DNA from: an uncultured Ruminococcus sp.
GTDB taxonomy: Bacteria > Bacillota > Clostridia > Oscillospirales > CAG-272
Direction: 5' to 3'
Length of the DNA stretch: 64,000 bases
NCBI GenBank assembly: GCA_964624685.1
Contig: CAZUYA010000002.1
Location: 6,423 to 70,422 of the forward strand
Shown: one piece after another, positions 1-9,463 of the stretch
Layout of the letters: each line of letters opens with the position of its first letter
Numbering within the stretch: the first letter of the stretch is position 1
Translations under genes and position numbers: made by a program
Notes under the pieces: model-generated
Told to the model about the DNA's origin: nothing
Seen by the model: only the letters and a program-made list of their open reading frames with translations
The model's database searches: none

Positions 1-347
1 CCGATTTGGAATCCCGTAACAATAATCCGATCGACGGTCGGAAGATCAAAGGAACCATTCACTGGCTTTCGGCAGAAGCCTCCGAAACGACCACGTTGAT
101 GCTATATGACAAACTCTTTACCATTGAAAACGTGAATGATATTCCGGAGAATCAAACTTACAACGATTATCTCAATCCGGATTCGCTCATCAAATTGGAA
201 AATTGTCGCATCGAGCCATGCTTGAAGGAAGCAAAACCGGGGGAACAGTTCCAATTTGTTCGTGTCGGCTACTTCTGCAAAGATATCAAATACGAGAACA
301 CCTTCAATCGAGTGGTTGGTTTGAAAGACAGTTTCCCCAAAAAATAA
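1..347 (+). CDS. glnS: glutaminyl-tRNA synthetase, C-terminal fragment (5' end outside window)
   Basis: The ORF runs off the left edge. The sequence ...GRKIKGTIHWLSA...FQFVRVGYFCKD...FNRVVGLKDSF matches the GlnRS anticodon-binding C-terminus. Confidence 0.85.
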   Translation, partial: DLESRNNNPIDGRKIKGTIHWLSAEASETTTLMLYDKLFTIENVNDIPENQTYNDYLNPDSLIKLENCRIEPCLKEAKPGEQFQFVRVGYFCKDIKYENTFNRVVGLKDSFPKK

Positions 348-358
348 AATATTTCAAA

Positions 359-395
359 CAGCGGCAGACATAGTTAAATGTCTGCCGCTGTTTTC
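359..395 (+). terminator. rho-independent terminator after glnS
   Basis: Perfect 13-bp stem cagcggcagacat/atgtctgccgctg with a 6-nt loop, followed by TTTT. Confidence 0.8.
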
Positions 396-397
396 GG

Positions 398-459
398 AAA
401 CAAAAAATGCGGCAAATTCTCGCTGATCATGCATATCGCCTTTTGCGAAAATTTGCCGC
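398..459 (-). terminator. rho-independent terminator closing the rluD-like/lnt/redox operon
   Basis: 15-bp stem with 1 mismatch (409-423 gcggcaaattctcgc, 445-459 gcgaaaatttgccgc). On the minus strand it is followed by ATTTTTTG. Confidence 0.65.
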
Positions 460-478
460 TTCCATCTACAAACTTCAA

Positions 479-1987
479 TCAATTCAATGCCGCTTCCACA
501 GCAGATTTGAGCGTTTCGTAACTCACAGAACCTTGATATTCGGCAACAACAATATTGTTTTGATCCAAAACCAACGTTCTGGGATAGGAACCGAGACCGC
601 CTAACTTCCAGTAGTAAGCGTCATTTGTATCATACCCGAACAAAATATCGTAATTCGACCAATTGGAGGCAATATAGTCAACCGGATCTTCCCAATCCAT
701 ATCGGCATGAAACGCCGCAACCGTAATCTGATCCCCGTATTCCTCGGCGATCCGTGCAAAGTGCGGCATTTCCTGCACGCAAGGACCGCAGGAAGTGTAC
801 CAGAAATTGATGACAGTCACTTTTCCGATGGTATCGGAAATATTGAAGGTTCCGCCATCTCCAACCAACAATGGCAAATCTGCTTCATAACACAGGTCGC
901 CGACTTGATAACCGAATGCAGCGAAATCACTTCCGGGCGGTGTGGAATCGGTATCCTCACCGGGTGCTTTGTCAATTACATTATAGTAAATCAAAACAAC
1001 AGCAAGTAACAGGATCATGAAAACCGTGATTCCGATTTTCAAAATCTTGTTTCTCCGTTTGATCTTTGCATTGTGTTCCTCGGCAATGCGTTCGGCTTCC
1101 TCAACCGTTACACCTTCGATCTCGTTCGGTGCCAACAACGGCTTCCCACCTTTCCATCGAATGGCTTTGGTCGGACAAACCTGCATACACTCACCGCAAT
1201 TGATACATTCAGCATCACCGACGTGGCGAATATCCATCTTACAATGGCTGACGCAAAGACCGCAATCGGTACATTTCGAGCGATCCACCTTGATGCCTAA
1301 GATGGAAATCCGATTGAATAATCCATACAATGCCCCCAAGGGACAGAAGAATCGGCAGAAAAACCGATAAATGAAAACCGCTCCGATCAAAAAACTGACC
1401 ATCAACAAAAATTTCCATGAAAAAATAGGTCCTAACATCCGAAAACTTCCCGCATTGACCTGATTGGAAAGCAAACCGATCGCGCCTTCCAATGTCCCCG
1501 CCGGGCAGATGTATTTACAAAATGCCGGAAGAGGAAAATCTTTGAACATATAAATTAACGGAAGAACAATAACAAAGACAACCAAGATCACATACTTAAA
1601 ATAGGAAAGGACTCGCGTGATCTTGCCTTTTTTCAATTTCGGTGTTTTAATCTTATGCAAAAGTTCCTGAATCAAACCAAACGGGCACAAAAATCCGCAG
1701 ATCCAACGTCCGAGCAAAATTCCGTACAACATGATAATGCCGACAACATAATACGGCGTTCTGGCATCGCTTGCCGCCAAAGCATTCTGTAAAGCTCCCA
1801 TGGGACAGGCACCGGAAGCACCTGGGCAGGAATAGCAATTCAATCCGGGAGTGCAAACGTTTTTCAAAGGTCCCTGATAGATCTTTCCGTTTTGAAATCC
1901 CTTCAGATTGGCATTAAAAAGAAGTGCCGCATATAACTGGATCAATCGTCTTTTGGTCGGCAAATGCGCTTTTATCCACTTTAACAT
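479..1987 (-). CDS. NapH/MauN-like polytopic 4Fe-4S membrane protein fused to a C-terminal TlpA/ResA-like thioredoxin domain
   Basis: Cys motifs CYSCPGASGACP, CPFG, CPAG and CPLG. Two ferredoxin-type motifs, CTDCGLCVSHC and CINCGECMQVCP. An extra TM helix (ILKIGITVFMILLLAVVLIYY) precedes a thioredoxin fold with FWYTSCGPC. SD ggagagagg lies upstream. Confidence 0.85.
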   Translation of the reverse strand: MLKWIKAHLPTKRRLIQLYAALLFNANLKGFQNGKIYQGPLKNVCTPGLNCYSCPGASGACPMGALQNALAASDARTPYYVVGIIMLYGILLGRWICGFLCPFGLIQELLHKIKTPKLKKGKITRVLSYFKYVILVVFVIVLPLIYMFKDFPLPAFCKYICPAGTLEGAIGLLSNQVNAGSFRMLGPIFSWKFLLMVSFLIGAVFIYRFFCRFFCPLGALYGLFNRISILGIKVDRSKCTDCGLCVSHCKMDIRHVGDAECINCGECMQVCPTKAIRWKGGKPLLAPNEIEGVTVEEAERIAEEHNAKIKRRNKILKIGITVFMILLLAVVLIYYNVIDKAPGEDTDSTPPGSDFAAFGYQVGDLCYEADLPLLVGDGGTFNISDTIGKVTVINFWYTSCGPCVQEMPHFARIAEEYGDQITVAAFHADMDWEDPVDYIASNWSNYDILFGYDTNDAYYWKLGGLGSYPRTLVLDQNNIVVAEYQGSVSYETLKSAVEAALN

Positions 1988-2005
1988 CTCGATTCTCCTC
2001 TCTCC

Positions 2006-3031
2006 TTATCCCAATCCGATACACTCGGTACAAATCCGAACCGCTTTGGCAAGAACATCCCCCATACCACCGTTCAAAATGCCGAGTACAATGAACAAAA
2101 AGGCAATCAACACCACCGCAATACGTACCGCCGTTATATGCCAAGAACGGCTGATTGTCGCACTTTGCACATTCCGTTCGGGAGAACGGGACAGAGCACA
2201 CAACAAAATACCGGTTAGCAACACTGCCGTCATCACGCCGGCAAGTAAGATCCAAAGCGTACCAAGAACGGACGGAGTAATCGAATGTGAAAATCCCGCA
2301 AAAATAAGCACAAAGGTACATATACACAGGCAAACGATCGGCAAAACCAATGCCAACGTTTTGACAGCATCCCGCCGAGTCCACATCATGCTCTCATGGA
2401 TTTCTTCGGATTTCGACTTTCTTCTCGGTGTCGCGGTCGCCAAGATTCCTTTCAGTGCCTCGATCTGCCGCCGACGGCTCCAATCATTGAACAATCGCAC
2501 CGCAATGCAGGTTCCGAATGCGATCACGCTACACAAAATCACCAACCGAATGGCTGCAAACACATCCCCGTTCAAATTGTCCAATGTAAAATTTTCAGCG
2601 TCGAATAAATAGAGCATCGGGGGGATCGCGCAAATCACGCAAACACACGTACAAAGAACGCGGTTACAAAAACGAATCCGATATCCGCGACGCAATGCTT
2701 CGCGCTGTTGCGGCGAAACATCGGCATCATCGATCCGTTTCAACAATCGCGAGATCGTTACCTCCGGCTCAACGGTCGCACGCGCGCGCGGCTTCTCGAC
2801 AGGAAACACCCACGTTAAAATCGCACCGACAACGACCGCGCCGATACACAGATACACCAAACCCGCGATCTTTTCAAATTGTTCAGCCACACTTTCTCTC
2901 GAAAACGGATTTTCTCCGCTGTTGTATATGGCGATACAAGATCCGATCAAACAAACTCCTACGGCAATCAACAAGATCGATAAAACAATACCGTAAATCA
3001 AATGCAATCGCCCAACGGCTGATTTTTTCAT
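2006..3031 (-). CDS. polytopic membrane protein with C-terminal CxxC tail (...RICTECIGLG-stop)
   Basis: About 8 hydrophobic helices. Start chosen at MKKSAVG because a GGAGGAGG SD precedes it; the track start at 3061 has none. There is an 18-nt gap to the downstream 4Fe-4S gene. Confidence 0.7.
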   Translation of the reverse strand: MKKSAVGRLHLIYGIVLSILLIAVGVCLIGSCIAIYNSGENPFSRESVAEQFEKIAGLVYLCIGAVVVGAILTWVFPVEKPRARATVEPEVTISRLLKRIDDADVSPQQREALRRGYRIRFCNRVLCTCVCVICAIPPMLYLFDAENFTLDNLNGDVFAAIRLVILCSVIAFGTCIAVRLFNDWSRRRQIEALKGILATATPRRKSKSEEIHESMMWTRRDAVKTLALVLPIVCLCICTFVLIFAGFSHSITPSVLGTLWILLAGVMTAVLLTGILLCALSRSPERNVQSATISRSWHITAVRIAVVLIAFLFIVLGILNGGMGDVLAKAVRICTECIGLG

Positions 3032-3094
3032 ATAACCTCCTCCCGTGAAGACGGACATCACGGCAATGCTCTTTTGTGATAACCAATCCCTATG

Positions 3095-4702
3095 TCAACG
3101 AGTTTTGCGGCAACGCTCAAAACACTCTCTCCGAACGATTCCCCACAGACACAGGAATATATAAAATGCGATACAGCAATAGACGAAAGCATTGCCGATC
3201 CTACTATACAACGTCGTATGTGTTTTCAATTCCACATCGGCAACGGCATAATCTTTCGTCAAAGCGTCGATCCAAGCCAAATGTTCGCCGCGATCCGTAA
3301 TGACCGCAGAAATTCCGGTATTTCCGGAACGCACCAAATACCGTCCGCTTTCAATCGCCCGCAACATCGCCTGTGACTCATGCTGGTAGATCGCCGCCGA
3401 ATCATAAAACCAGGAATCGTTACTGGACAGCACCAACATTTCGGCACCGGCACGCACGCTATCCAAGGACAGCTCTTCATAAATAGAATCAAAACAGATC
3501 AACGCACCCAACTTTCCGCATGCCGTATCCAAAATTGCAGGATCCGTTCCCGCACTCAAATTGTTATCCATCACCATCGAAAACTCTCCTAACGGAGGTA
3601 CCAAGGTCAAGATCAGATCTTTCATCGGAATATATTCTCCGAACGGAACCAAATGACGTTTCAAATAACAGGTTTCGGCAATCGTTCCGTCCGGATCAAT
3701 CTGATACAATGCGTTGTAGCGGTTTTCCGCTTCATCTCGAAACAAGGCTCCCACGATCAATGTCACATTGCATTCCCGAGCCAGATCGGACAAATACAGT
3801 TTCACATCCGACCGCAGATTCAGCGAATACGGAAATACCGTTTCCGGCATGACAATCAACTCGGCACCTTCTTCAGCCGCTCGGCGCGTCATATCGGCAT
3901 AAATCGCTTTTGTTTTCGAAAGGCTGGTCGAATCATCCCATTTTTCATGAGAATTGACATTCCCCTGCAAAACCGCAACACGCACCGTTTTCTCGGACGG
4001 CGTTTGAAAATTCATCATCCCAATCCCTAACAGGAAATTCGAGGCGACAAGCAATACCGCCATCGCAATGCAAAACACCGAGCGACGAGGACGAAAGCGA
4101 TACAGAACGGCATATGCTAACAATCCGTTGACCAAAAGCAACAAGAAGCTGACAAAATAAGATCCGAACAACGATGCCGACTGCAACATCGGCAACAGCT
4201 TGACTTGTCCTAAACAGAGTCTCCCCCACGGGACACCCGTCCAATGTAATGTGGACGACCATTCAAATACCGTCCACAATGCCGAAAAGACAAACGGGCG
4301 CAATAACGGCGCACGTTGAAATACTTCAGTCCGATGAAGAAGCTTGAACAACAAAAAGACAAATCCGCCGGGCAACGCCTGTAATAAGGGCAGACCGATC
4401 CATCCCGCCGCAACAATGAATATCGAAGAAAAACGATCAATTCCGACCGACTCCAACGGATAAAGATATAAAAACCAGTGGTAGATTATAAAATAATAAA
4501 CATAGATCGTTAAAAAGCCATACCAATAGGTCTTTCCGAGACCGTATTTTGAAGTACCGCACAAACGATAGGCACCGATCAACAAAGGAATCAATGTAAA
4601 CCATTCCAAAAAGCCGATTTGCGGAAAGATCAAAGTCAATGCGGTCAACCCAGCACCGGACAGCAAATACGGCAAGATTCGTTTTTGCTTTTGTTCCGTC
4701 AC
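3095..4702 (-). CDS. lnt: apolipoprotein N-acyltransferase
   Basis: N-terminal multi-TM domain plus a CN-hydrolase domain. An E-K-C triad context is visible: VMPETVFP, YLKRHLVPFGEY, ALICFDSIYEE. Confidence 0.8.
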   Translation of the reverse strand: MTEQKQKRILPYLLSGAGLTALTLIFPQIGFLEWFTLIPLLIGAYRLCGTSKYGLGKTYWYGFLTIYVYYFIIYHWFLYLYPLESVGIDRFSSIFIVAAGWIGLPLLQALPGGFVFLLFKLLHRTEVFQRAPLLRPFVFSALWTVFEWSSTLHWTGVPWGRLCLGQVKLLPMLQSASLFGSYFVSFLLLLVNGLLAYAVLYRFRPRRSVFCIAMAVLLVASNFLLGIGMMNFQTPSEKTVRVAVLQGNVNSHEKWDDSTSLSKTKAIYADMTRRAAEEGAELIVMPETVFPYSLNLRSDVKLYLSDLARECNVTLIVGALFRDEAENRYNALYQIDPDGTIAETCYLKRHLVPFGEYIPMKDLILTLVPPLGEFSMVMDNNLSAGTDPAILDTACGKLGALICFDSIYEELSLDSVRAGAEMLVLSSNDSWFYDSAAIYQHESQAMLRAIESGRYLVRSGNTGISAVITDRGEHLAWIDALTKDYAVADVELKTHTTLYSRIGNAFVYCCIAFYIFLCLWGIVRRECFERCRKTR

Positions 4703-5673
4703 AATGTACCTCCTCCTTCAAATTCTTTTAAGAACCAAATCTGTTCTTGCGGCAACTCAAAAGACTTCCCCTCCAAATATCGCAGATAACTTTCTCCTTC
4801 ACAATGCTTAAAAGTCAATCGAAAAGCATACAATGCCTGATATTTATAGCCTTTTGCCCGATCGTCACGATTGATCCCGTATTTGCCGTCTCCCAGCAAC
4901 GGATGACCGATATGCGCCAATTGAGCGCGGATCTGATGCGTTCGTCCGGTCACCAATTCAACTTCCAACAAGGCATAAGCACCTTTGACTTTCAAAACGC
5001 GGTATTTGGTAATGATTTTTTTATACCCCGATTTGGGCGTATCGGAAATCTCCACCTTATTCTCCGCACTGTCCTTTTTCAAATAGGCGGTCAAAGTCGC
5101 CTGCCGACGTTCCGGACAACCGTGCGTTACGCAAAGATAGCATTTTCGCAATTCATCGTTCCGAATTTTTTCGTTCATCGAGCGCAAAGCCGCCGCATTT
5201 TTTGCGGCAATGACAATCCCGCCGGTGTTCCGGTCGATCCGATTACAAAGAGCGGGGGCGAAAGACTGTTCCGAGGACGGATCGTAAACGCCCTTCTGCG
5301 CCAAGTATGCCTTGACATGCAGGATCAATGTATTATCGGCAGCGGCAGAATCTTCATGAACCAAAACACCCGGACGCTTATTTAACAGCAAAATATTCTC
5401 ATCCTCATAAAGAATGTCCAACTTTGGCGTTACGCGAAACAATGCACCGACATCCTCCCCCGGTGCCGAAAAAAATTCTTCCCTGATAAAGAGTTGAATT
5501 TCATCCCCTTCGCAAAGCATATAATTCTGTTGTGTACGAGCACGATTGACTTTGATCTTTTTGGTTCGGATATACTTATACATCAAGGAAGTCGGCAATC
5601 CTTTGATCGCCTTGGAAAGGAATTTATCCAATCGCTGTCCGGCATCATTGCTCTGAACGATGATCGTTTGCAT
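4699..5673 (-). CDS. RluA-family 23S rRNA pseudouridine synthase (RluD/RluC-like) with N-terminal S4 domain
   Basis: S4-like GQRLDKFLSK..., catalytic-region NRIDRNTGGIVIAAK, and HQIRAQLAHIGHPLLGDGKYG. Start set at MQTIIVQ by homolog length. The SD is poor, so the start is uncertain. The stop overlaps the lnt start (ATGA). Confidence 0.8.
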   Translation of the reverse strand: MQTIIVQSNDAGQRLDKFLSKAIKGLPTSLMYKYIRTKKIKVNRARTQQNYMLCEGDEIQLFIREEFFSAPGEDVGALFRVTPKLDILYEDENILLLNKRPGVLVHEDSAAADNTLILHVKAYLAQKGVYDPSSEQSFAPALCNRIDRNTGGIVIAAKNAAALRSMNEKIRNDELRKCYLCVTHGCPERRQATLTAYLKKDSAENKVEISDTPKSGYKKIITKYRVLKVKGAYALLEVELVTGRTHQIRAQLAHIGHPLLGDGKYGINRDDRAKGYKYQALYAFRLTFKHCEGESYLRYLEGKSFELPQEQIWFLKEFEGGGTL

Positions 5674-5883
5674 GACATAACAGCGGGGAAACTCAAAAAA
5701 GCTTCCCCACACTCCTTTTTTCTTCGGAATTACAAGGTATCGAACATACAATTGCCAAATACTCGGCTGTCGACTGACCGACCGCAGTTTGCAATCATAT
5801 CATCAATAGTTTCTATTATACAACCTTTTTTCGTCTTTTTCAAGTACAAATTGCAAATTCTGCATGATTTTTCGGATTTTTTA

Positions 5884-5912
5884 TTTACATTTTTCCAAAA
5901 TCGTGGTAAAAT
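5884..5912 (+). promoter_or_regulatory. sigma-A-type promoter for mtaB
   Basis: TTTACA, 17-nt spacer, TAAAAT with a TGg extended -10. Confidence 0.55.
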
Positions 5913-5941
5913 ATCAGTATTGAAAACAGAAGGAGTGCCTT

Positions 5942-7291
5942 ATGTCCAATCCCATATACACAGTCGGCATTTATACGCTCGGCTGCAAAGTCAATCAATA
6001 TGAATCGGAAGCCATTGCCGAACGCTTTACCGCCGAAGGATTTCTCGTGCAGGCTCCCACACTGCCTTGCGACATTTACATCATCAACACTTGCACCGTC
6101 ACGGCAGAGTCGGATCGAAAAGCGCGCCAATTGATCCGACGCGCCATTCATCAAAATCCGAACGCCCATATTCTTGTGACCGGATGCTTTTCTCAAACCC
6201 AACCGCAACAAATCGCCTCCATCCACGGTGTCGATTACGTTTGCGGAAATACAAAAAAATCGGCGGTCGTGGATGCCGCCAAAGCGTTGATCGCATCCGG
6301 CATCAAGCCGGAAAAACCGCTGATTTCCGTATCCGCTCCGGACGCTTTCGGATTTGAGCCGATGCAAATCTCCCGGTTTGACCGAACCCGTGCATATGTC
6401 AAAATAGAGGACGGGTGCGAAAGTCGTTGCACATACTGTATCATCCCGTCGGCGCGCGGAAAAATCCGTTCCAAAAAGCCGGACGAGGTTCTGGAAGAAG
6501 TCCAAACATTGACCGCACACGGATGTCGCGAGATCGTGCTCACCGGCATTGAGACCGCCTCCTACGGCAAAGATCTTGAAAGCTATGATCTGGCAGATCT
6601 GCTCTCGGATCTGGATCAAATTCCCGGAATCGGACGCATTCGCCTCGGCTCTTTGGATCCTTCCCTCATGAAACAAGATTTTGTGGATCGGATCGCTTCG
6701 ATTCGATCTTTGGCACCGCATTTTCATCTCTCCATGCAAAGCGGTTCGGATAAAATCCTGGCTCTGATGAAACGAAAATACAACCGCCGCATGGCTTTGG
6801 ACGGAATGGAACGATTGCGACAGGCAATCCCGCAAGTACAATTCACCACAGATATGATCGTCGGCTTTCCGCAAGAGACGGAAGAGGACTTTTCGCAAAC
6901 CATGCAATTTGCAAGGGAAGCACATTTTTTGACCATCCATGTATTTCCCTATTCCAAACGCAGCGGAACGCCTGCCGCATCCATGCCGGGACAAATTCCG
7001 GAAGCCGTCAAACATGCAAGAGTACAAACACTTTCCGAATTGCAAAGCCACATTCAAAAAGAACTGCTGCAAGCCTACATCGGTCAAACCGAACCCGTAC
7101 TTTTTGAAACCTATAAAGACGGTATGGCATACGGTCACACCGCCAACTTCATCGAAGTCGCCTGCCCTGCCGAACAGGAACTTCACGGCATTGTATTGCC
7201 GATACAAATCGAGCGTGTCGATGCGTCTGTTTGTTTCGGAAAACCGTTGACACCTCCTATCGAATCCGAAAGGAAGGAGCTTCCGCTATGA
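5942..7291 (+). CDS. mtaB: tRNA t6A37 methylthiotransferase (MiaB-like, MtaB type)
   Basis: N-terminal VGIYTLGCKVNQYESE, radical-SAM CESRCTYC, C-terminal TRAM-like region. SD aggag lies upstream. Confidence 0.85.
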   Translation: MSNPIYTVGIYTLGCKVNQYESEAIAERFTAEGFLVQAPTLPCDIYIINTCTVTAESDRKARQLIRRAIHQNPNAHILVTGCFSQTQPQQIASIHGVDYVCGNTKKSAVVDAAKALIASGIKPEKPLISVSAPDAFGFEPMQISRFDRTRAYVKIEDGCESRCTYCIIPSARGKIRSKKPDEVLEEVQTLTAHGCREIVLTGIETASYGKDLESYDLADLLSDLDQIPGIGRIRLGSLDPSLMKQDFVDRIASIRSLAPHFHLSMQSGSDKILALMKRKYNRRMALDGMERLRQAIPQVQFTTDMIVGFPQETEEDFSQTMQFAREAHFLTIHVFPYSKRSGTPAASMPGQIPEAVKHARVQTLSELQSHIQKELLQAYIGQTEPVLFETYKDGMAYGHTANFIEVACPAEQELHGIVLPIQIERVDASVCFGKPLTPPIESERKELPL

Positions 7292-9417
7292 ATCCATTCG
7301 CCGTCTTATCGAATTTCAGAAACTACACTCCAGCGCAAATCGCACAACTGAAACAAGAATTGCACCTGACCATGTCGGATAATTTGATCGCATTCTGCAT
7401 CGCCCATTACAAAACCTATGAAAAAAGAGATCCCCATGTTGATGAGATTCGATTGTTGGACAAACTTTCCCGCCTTTCGGAAGAAAACACGACTCTCCGT
7501 TGCATAACGGAACTATCGACGAACGATCCGTTCGTTGCCGAAACATATGCCGATCTGTTGCGAAAACGGAAGACACTGTTTCCGAATAGCTCACATCCGT
7601 GTACCGTTCAAGAAGCGATTCGCACAGCAAACGCATATTTGTTGCGCGCCGGAAAATCGGTCTGTCCCATACCGGCAACGCTTCTTCGAGAAACGGAGAC
7701 CGCCTGTTCCGTACTACCGACATCCACCTGCGTCGGCGCGCCGCATTCTCCCTACAGACTCCGTGTACTCTCCTCCGTAGCTGTTCCGCAATCAAACGAT
7801 CTTTTGATTCTTTTAACACCGACCAAAGCGCAATCCGCTTGTCAATTTCAAAAAGTCGTCCAATCGATCTTGGAATCTCCCGAACTCCATAACAGGATAC
7901 GAGGCGTCTGTCAAATTCGACAAGAAGGACTGCTTTGCAAACTTTTGGAACAGTTTGACAATCTGCAACTGGATCTGAGCGCACTCTCTCCTTCTCGCCT
8001 GCCCATGCCGATGACACTGCTGGTCGAACAACACTATGACGGTTGCTACATTCTCCGTGTTGCCCAAAACGCGCTTGCACTGCTGGAAAAAGTGCTTCCG
8101 ACGGACACAATCGAAGCATCACTCCTCGCGCAACTGTCGGAAAAAGGCGGCTATCTGTTTTGCCGCGGCAGAGGCGGACGCTTTTCCGTCAACACACACT
8201 TTTTACGTACAGTCTTCCGTCGCCACGCTTGTTCGGCAAACATGAATGACGAACAACCGAACATTGCACCCGTTTTACACCGCATTGTGACATCCGAATC
8301 CTGCCGATATCTGACAAATACAGATGGAGCTTTTGCAACCGAAACAACCGCAAAAAACGGCATCACCTGCACGGTTGCTTCTTCCGTTCCGAATGTTTCC
8401 TACTTCAAAACAGCACTTTACACCGCCATCATTCCGGTATTGGCTCTGTCCGCTTGCGGCATTCCGACGGAGGAACAGCAATTTTGTATCGGTCTGGATT
8501 TGCCAAAAGATTCGACCGATCCCATTGCGATCGGCGAGATTCTTTCAACCGTTTTGGGAATTTACAGAGTACAAGCCGAGTTCGGAATCCCCGCACAAAC
8601 AGCATCTCCGATTCCGCACGAATCCGCAAAACACCCGCACCTAACTGTATTTGCACTTGGAAAAGGCTCTGATCTTCCATGTACCTTAACCGATACGGAC
8701 AACTTTGTATATTGTATCCCCGTTTCGATTGACCGAAACGGATTGCCCGTTTTTTCAGAATTGAGACAATTGACCGGTCAATTGGTCCATCTGAATCGGA
8801 CAGGCGCAATCAGCAGTATGCGCATCCTGTGTAACGAAAGCATTACGGACGGCTTGCAAAACATGCGTACAACCGTTCACTGCCATCTGAACGACCTAAC
8901 CGTTGCTTCGGAAGAAAAGCTTCAACTCGCAATTCTGTTGGAAAGTCGCCATGCACTCCCCTACCGTCGGATCGGAAACACAGCCGAGAACACCGCCATA
9001 CCCGCGTTCCATAATGTGTCGAACCGAATCAATTCCCCCGATGCCTCTCTGATCTGGTCGCAAAAGGCAGAAATCGTCCTCATCTCAAAGCAACAGGATA
9101 CGGACGCGGCGGCATTGGTAACCGTTCTAACGGAACAGGGGGCAAACGTCAAACATTTTTCCGACGATCCGAAACAAGCCGATGCAATGTCACGCGCCAT
9201 TCTCGGTTCGCAAACATTGATCCTATGCCCCCGTGTAATCCTTCCGTCCGGTGAACGCATCCGTTTTGCCATCAACACAATGAAAACAGCCGGCGGAAAC
9301 ATTTTTGTACTCGGAAAATCCCCCGTATCCGAATGGATCTCTCTTCCGCATGGCTTCACAGCCGAAATTTTGCAAAAGCTTTGCAAAAAAGGAAAGGAAA
9401 ATCCAAAAAAATCTTAA
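7288..9417 (+). CDS. hypothetical 709-aa protein (possibly a degenerate PurL/AIR-synthase-related fold)
   Basis: Long uninterrupted ORF with SD GGAAGGAGC. Its ATG overlaps the mtaB stop (ATGA). No catalytic motif recognised. The N-terminal ...YEKRDPHVDEIRLLDKL... only faintly resembles FGAM-synthase N-termini. Confidence 0.6.
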   Translation: MNPFAVLSNFRNYTPAQIAQLKQELHLTMSDNLIAFCIAHYKTYEKRDPHVDEIRLLDKLSRLSEENTTLRCITELSTNDPFVAETYADLLRKRKTLFPNSSHPCTVQEAIRTANAYLLRAGKSVCPIPATLLRETETACSVLPTSTCVGAPHSPYRLRVLSSVAVPQSNDLLILLTPTKAQSACQFQKVVQSILESPELHNRIRGVCQIRQEGLLCKLLEQFDNLQLDLSALSPSRLPMPMTLLVEQHYDGCYILRVAQNALALLEKVLPTDTIEASLLAQLSEKGGYLFCRGRGGRFSVNTHFLRTVFRRHACSANMNDEQPNIAPVLHRIVTSESCRYLTNTDGAFATETTAKNGITCTVASSVPNVSYFKTALYTAIIPVLALSACGIPTEEQQFCIGLDLPKDSTDPIAIGEILSTVLGIYRVQAEFGIPAQTASPIPHESAKHPHLTVFALGKGSDLPCTLTDTDNFVYCIPVSIDRNGLPVFSELRQLTGQLVHLNRTGAISSMRILCNESITDGLQNMRTTVHCHLNDLTVASEEKLQLAILLESRHALPYRRIGNTAENTAIPAFHNVSNRINSPDASLIWSQKAEIVLISKQQDTDAAALVTVLTEQGANVKHFSDDPKQADAMSRAILGSQTLILCPRVILPSGERIRFAINTMKTAGGNIFVLGKSPVSEWISLPHGFTAEILQKLCKKGKENPKKS

Positions 9418-9434
9418 AAAAATCAAAAAAGCTA

Positions 9435-9463
9435 TTGCAATTTGAAAAAATATATGTTATAAT
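9435..9463 (+). promoter_or_regulatory. sigma-A-type promoter for rpmB
   Basis: TTGCAA, 17-nt spacer, TATAAT with a TGt extended -10. Confidence 0.7.

Noticed and set aside
5885-7207. 440-aa ORF antisense to mtaB. Similar long antisense ORFs occur at 12449-13078, 15064-15897, 38719-39702, 42965-43798, 50494-51423, 53486-54797 and 60906-61667.
   Set aside because: These are shadow ORFs opposite strongly conserved genes. Their translations are Cys/Arg/Phe-rich and low-complexity, with no SD, no promoter and no recognisable motifs.
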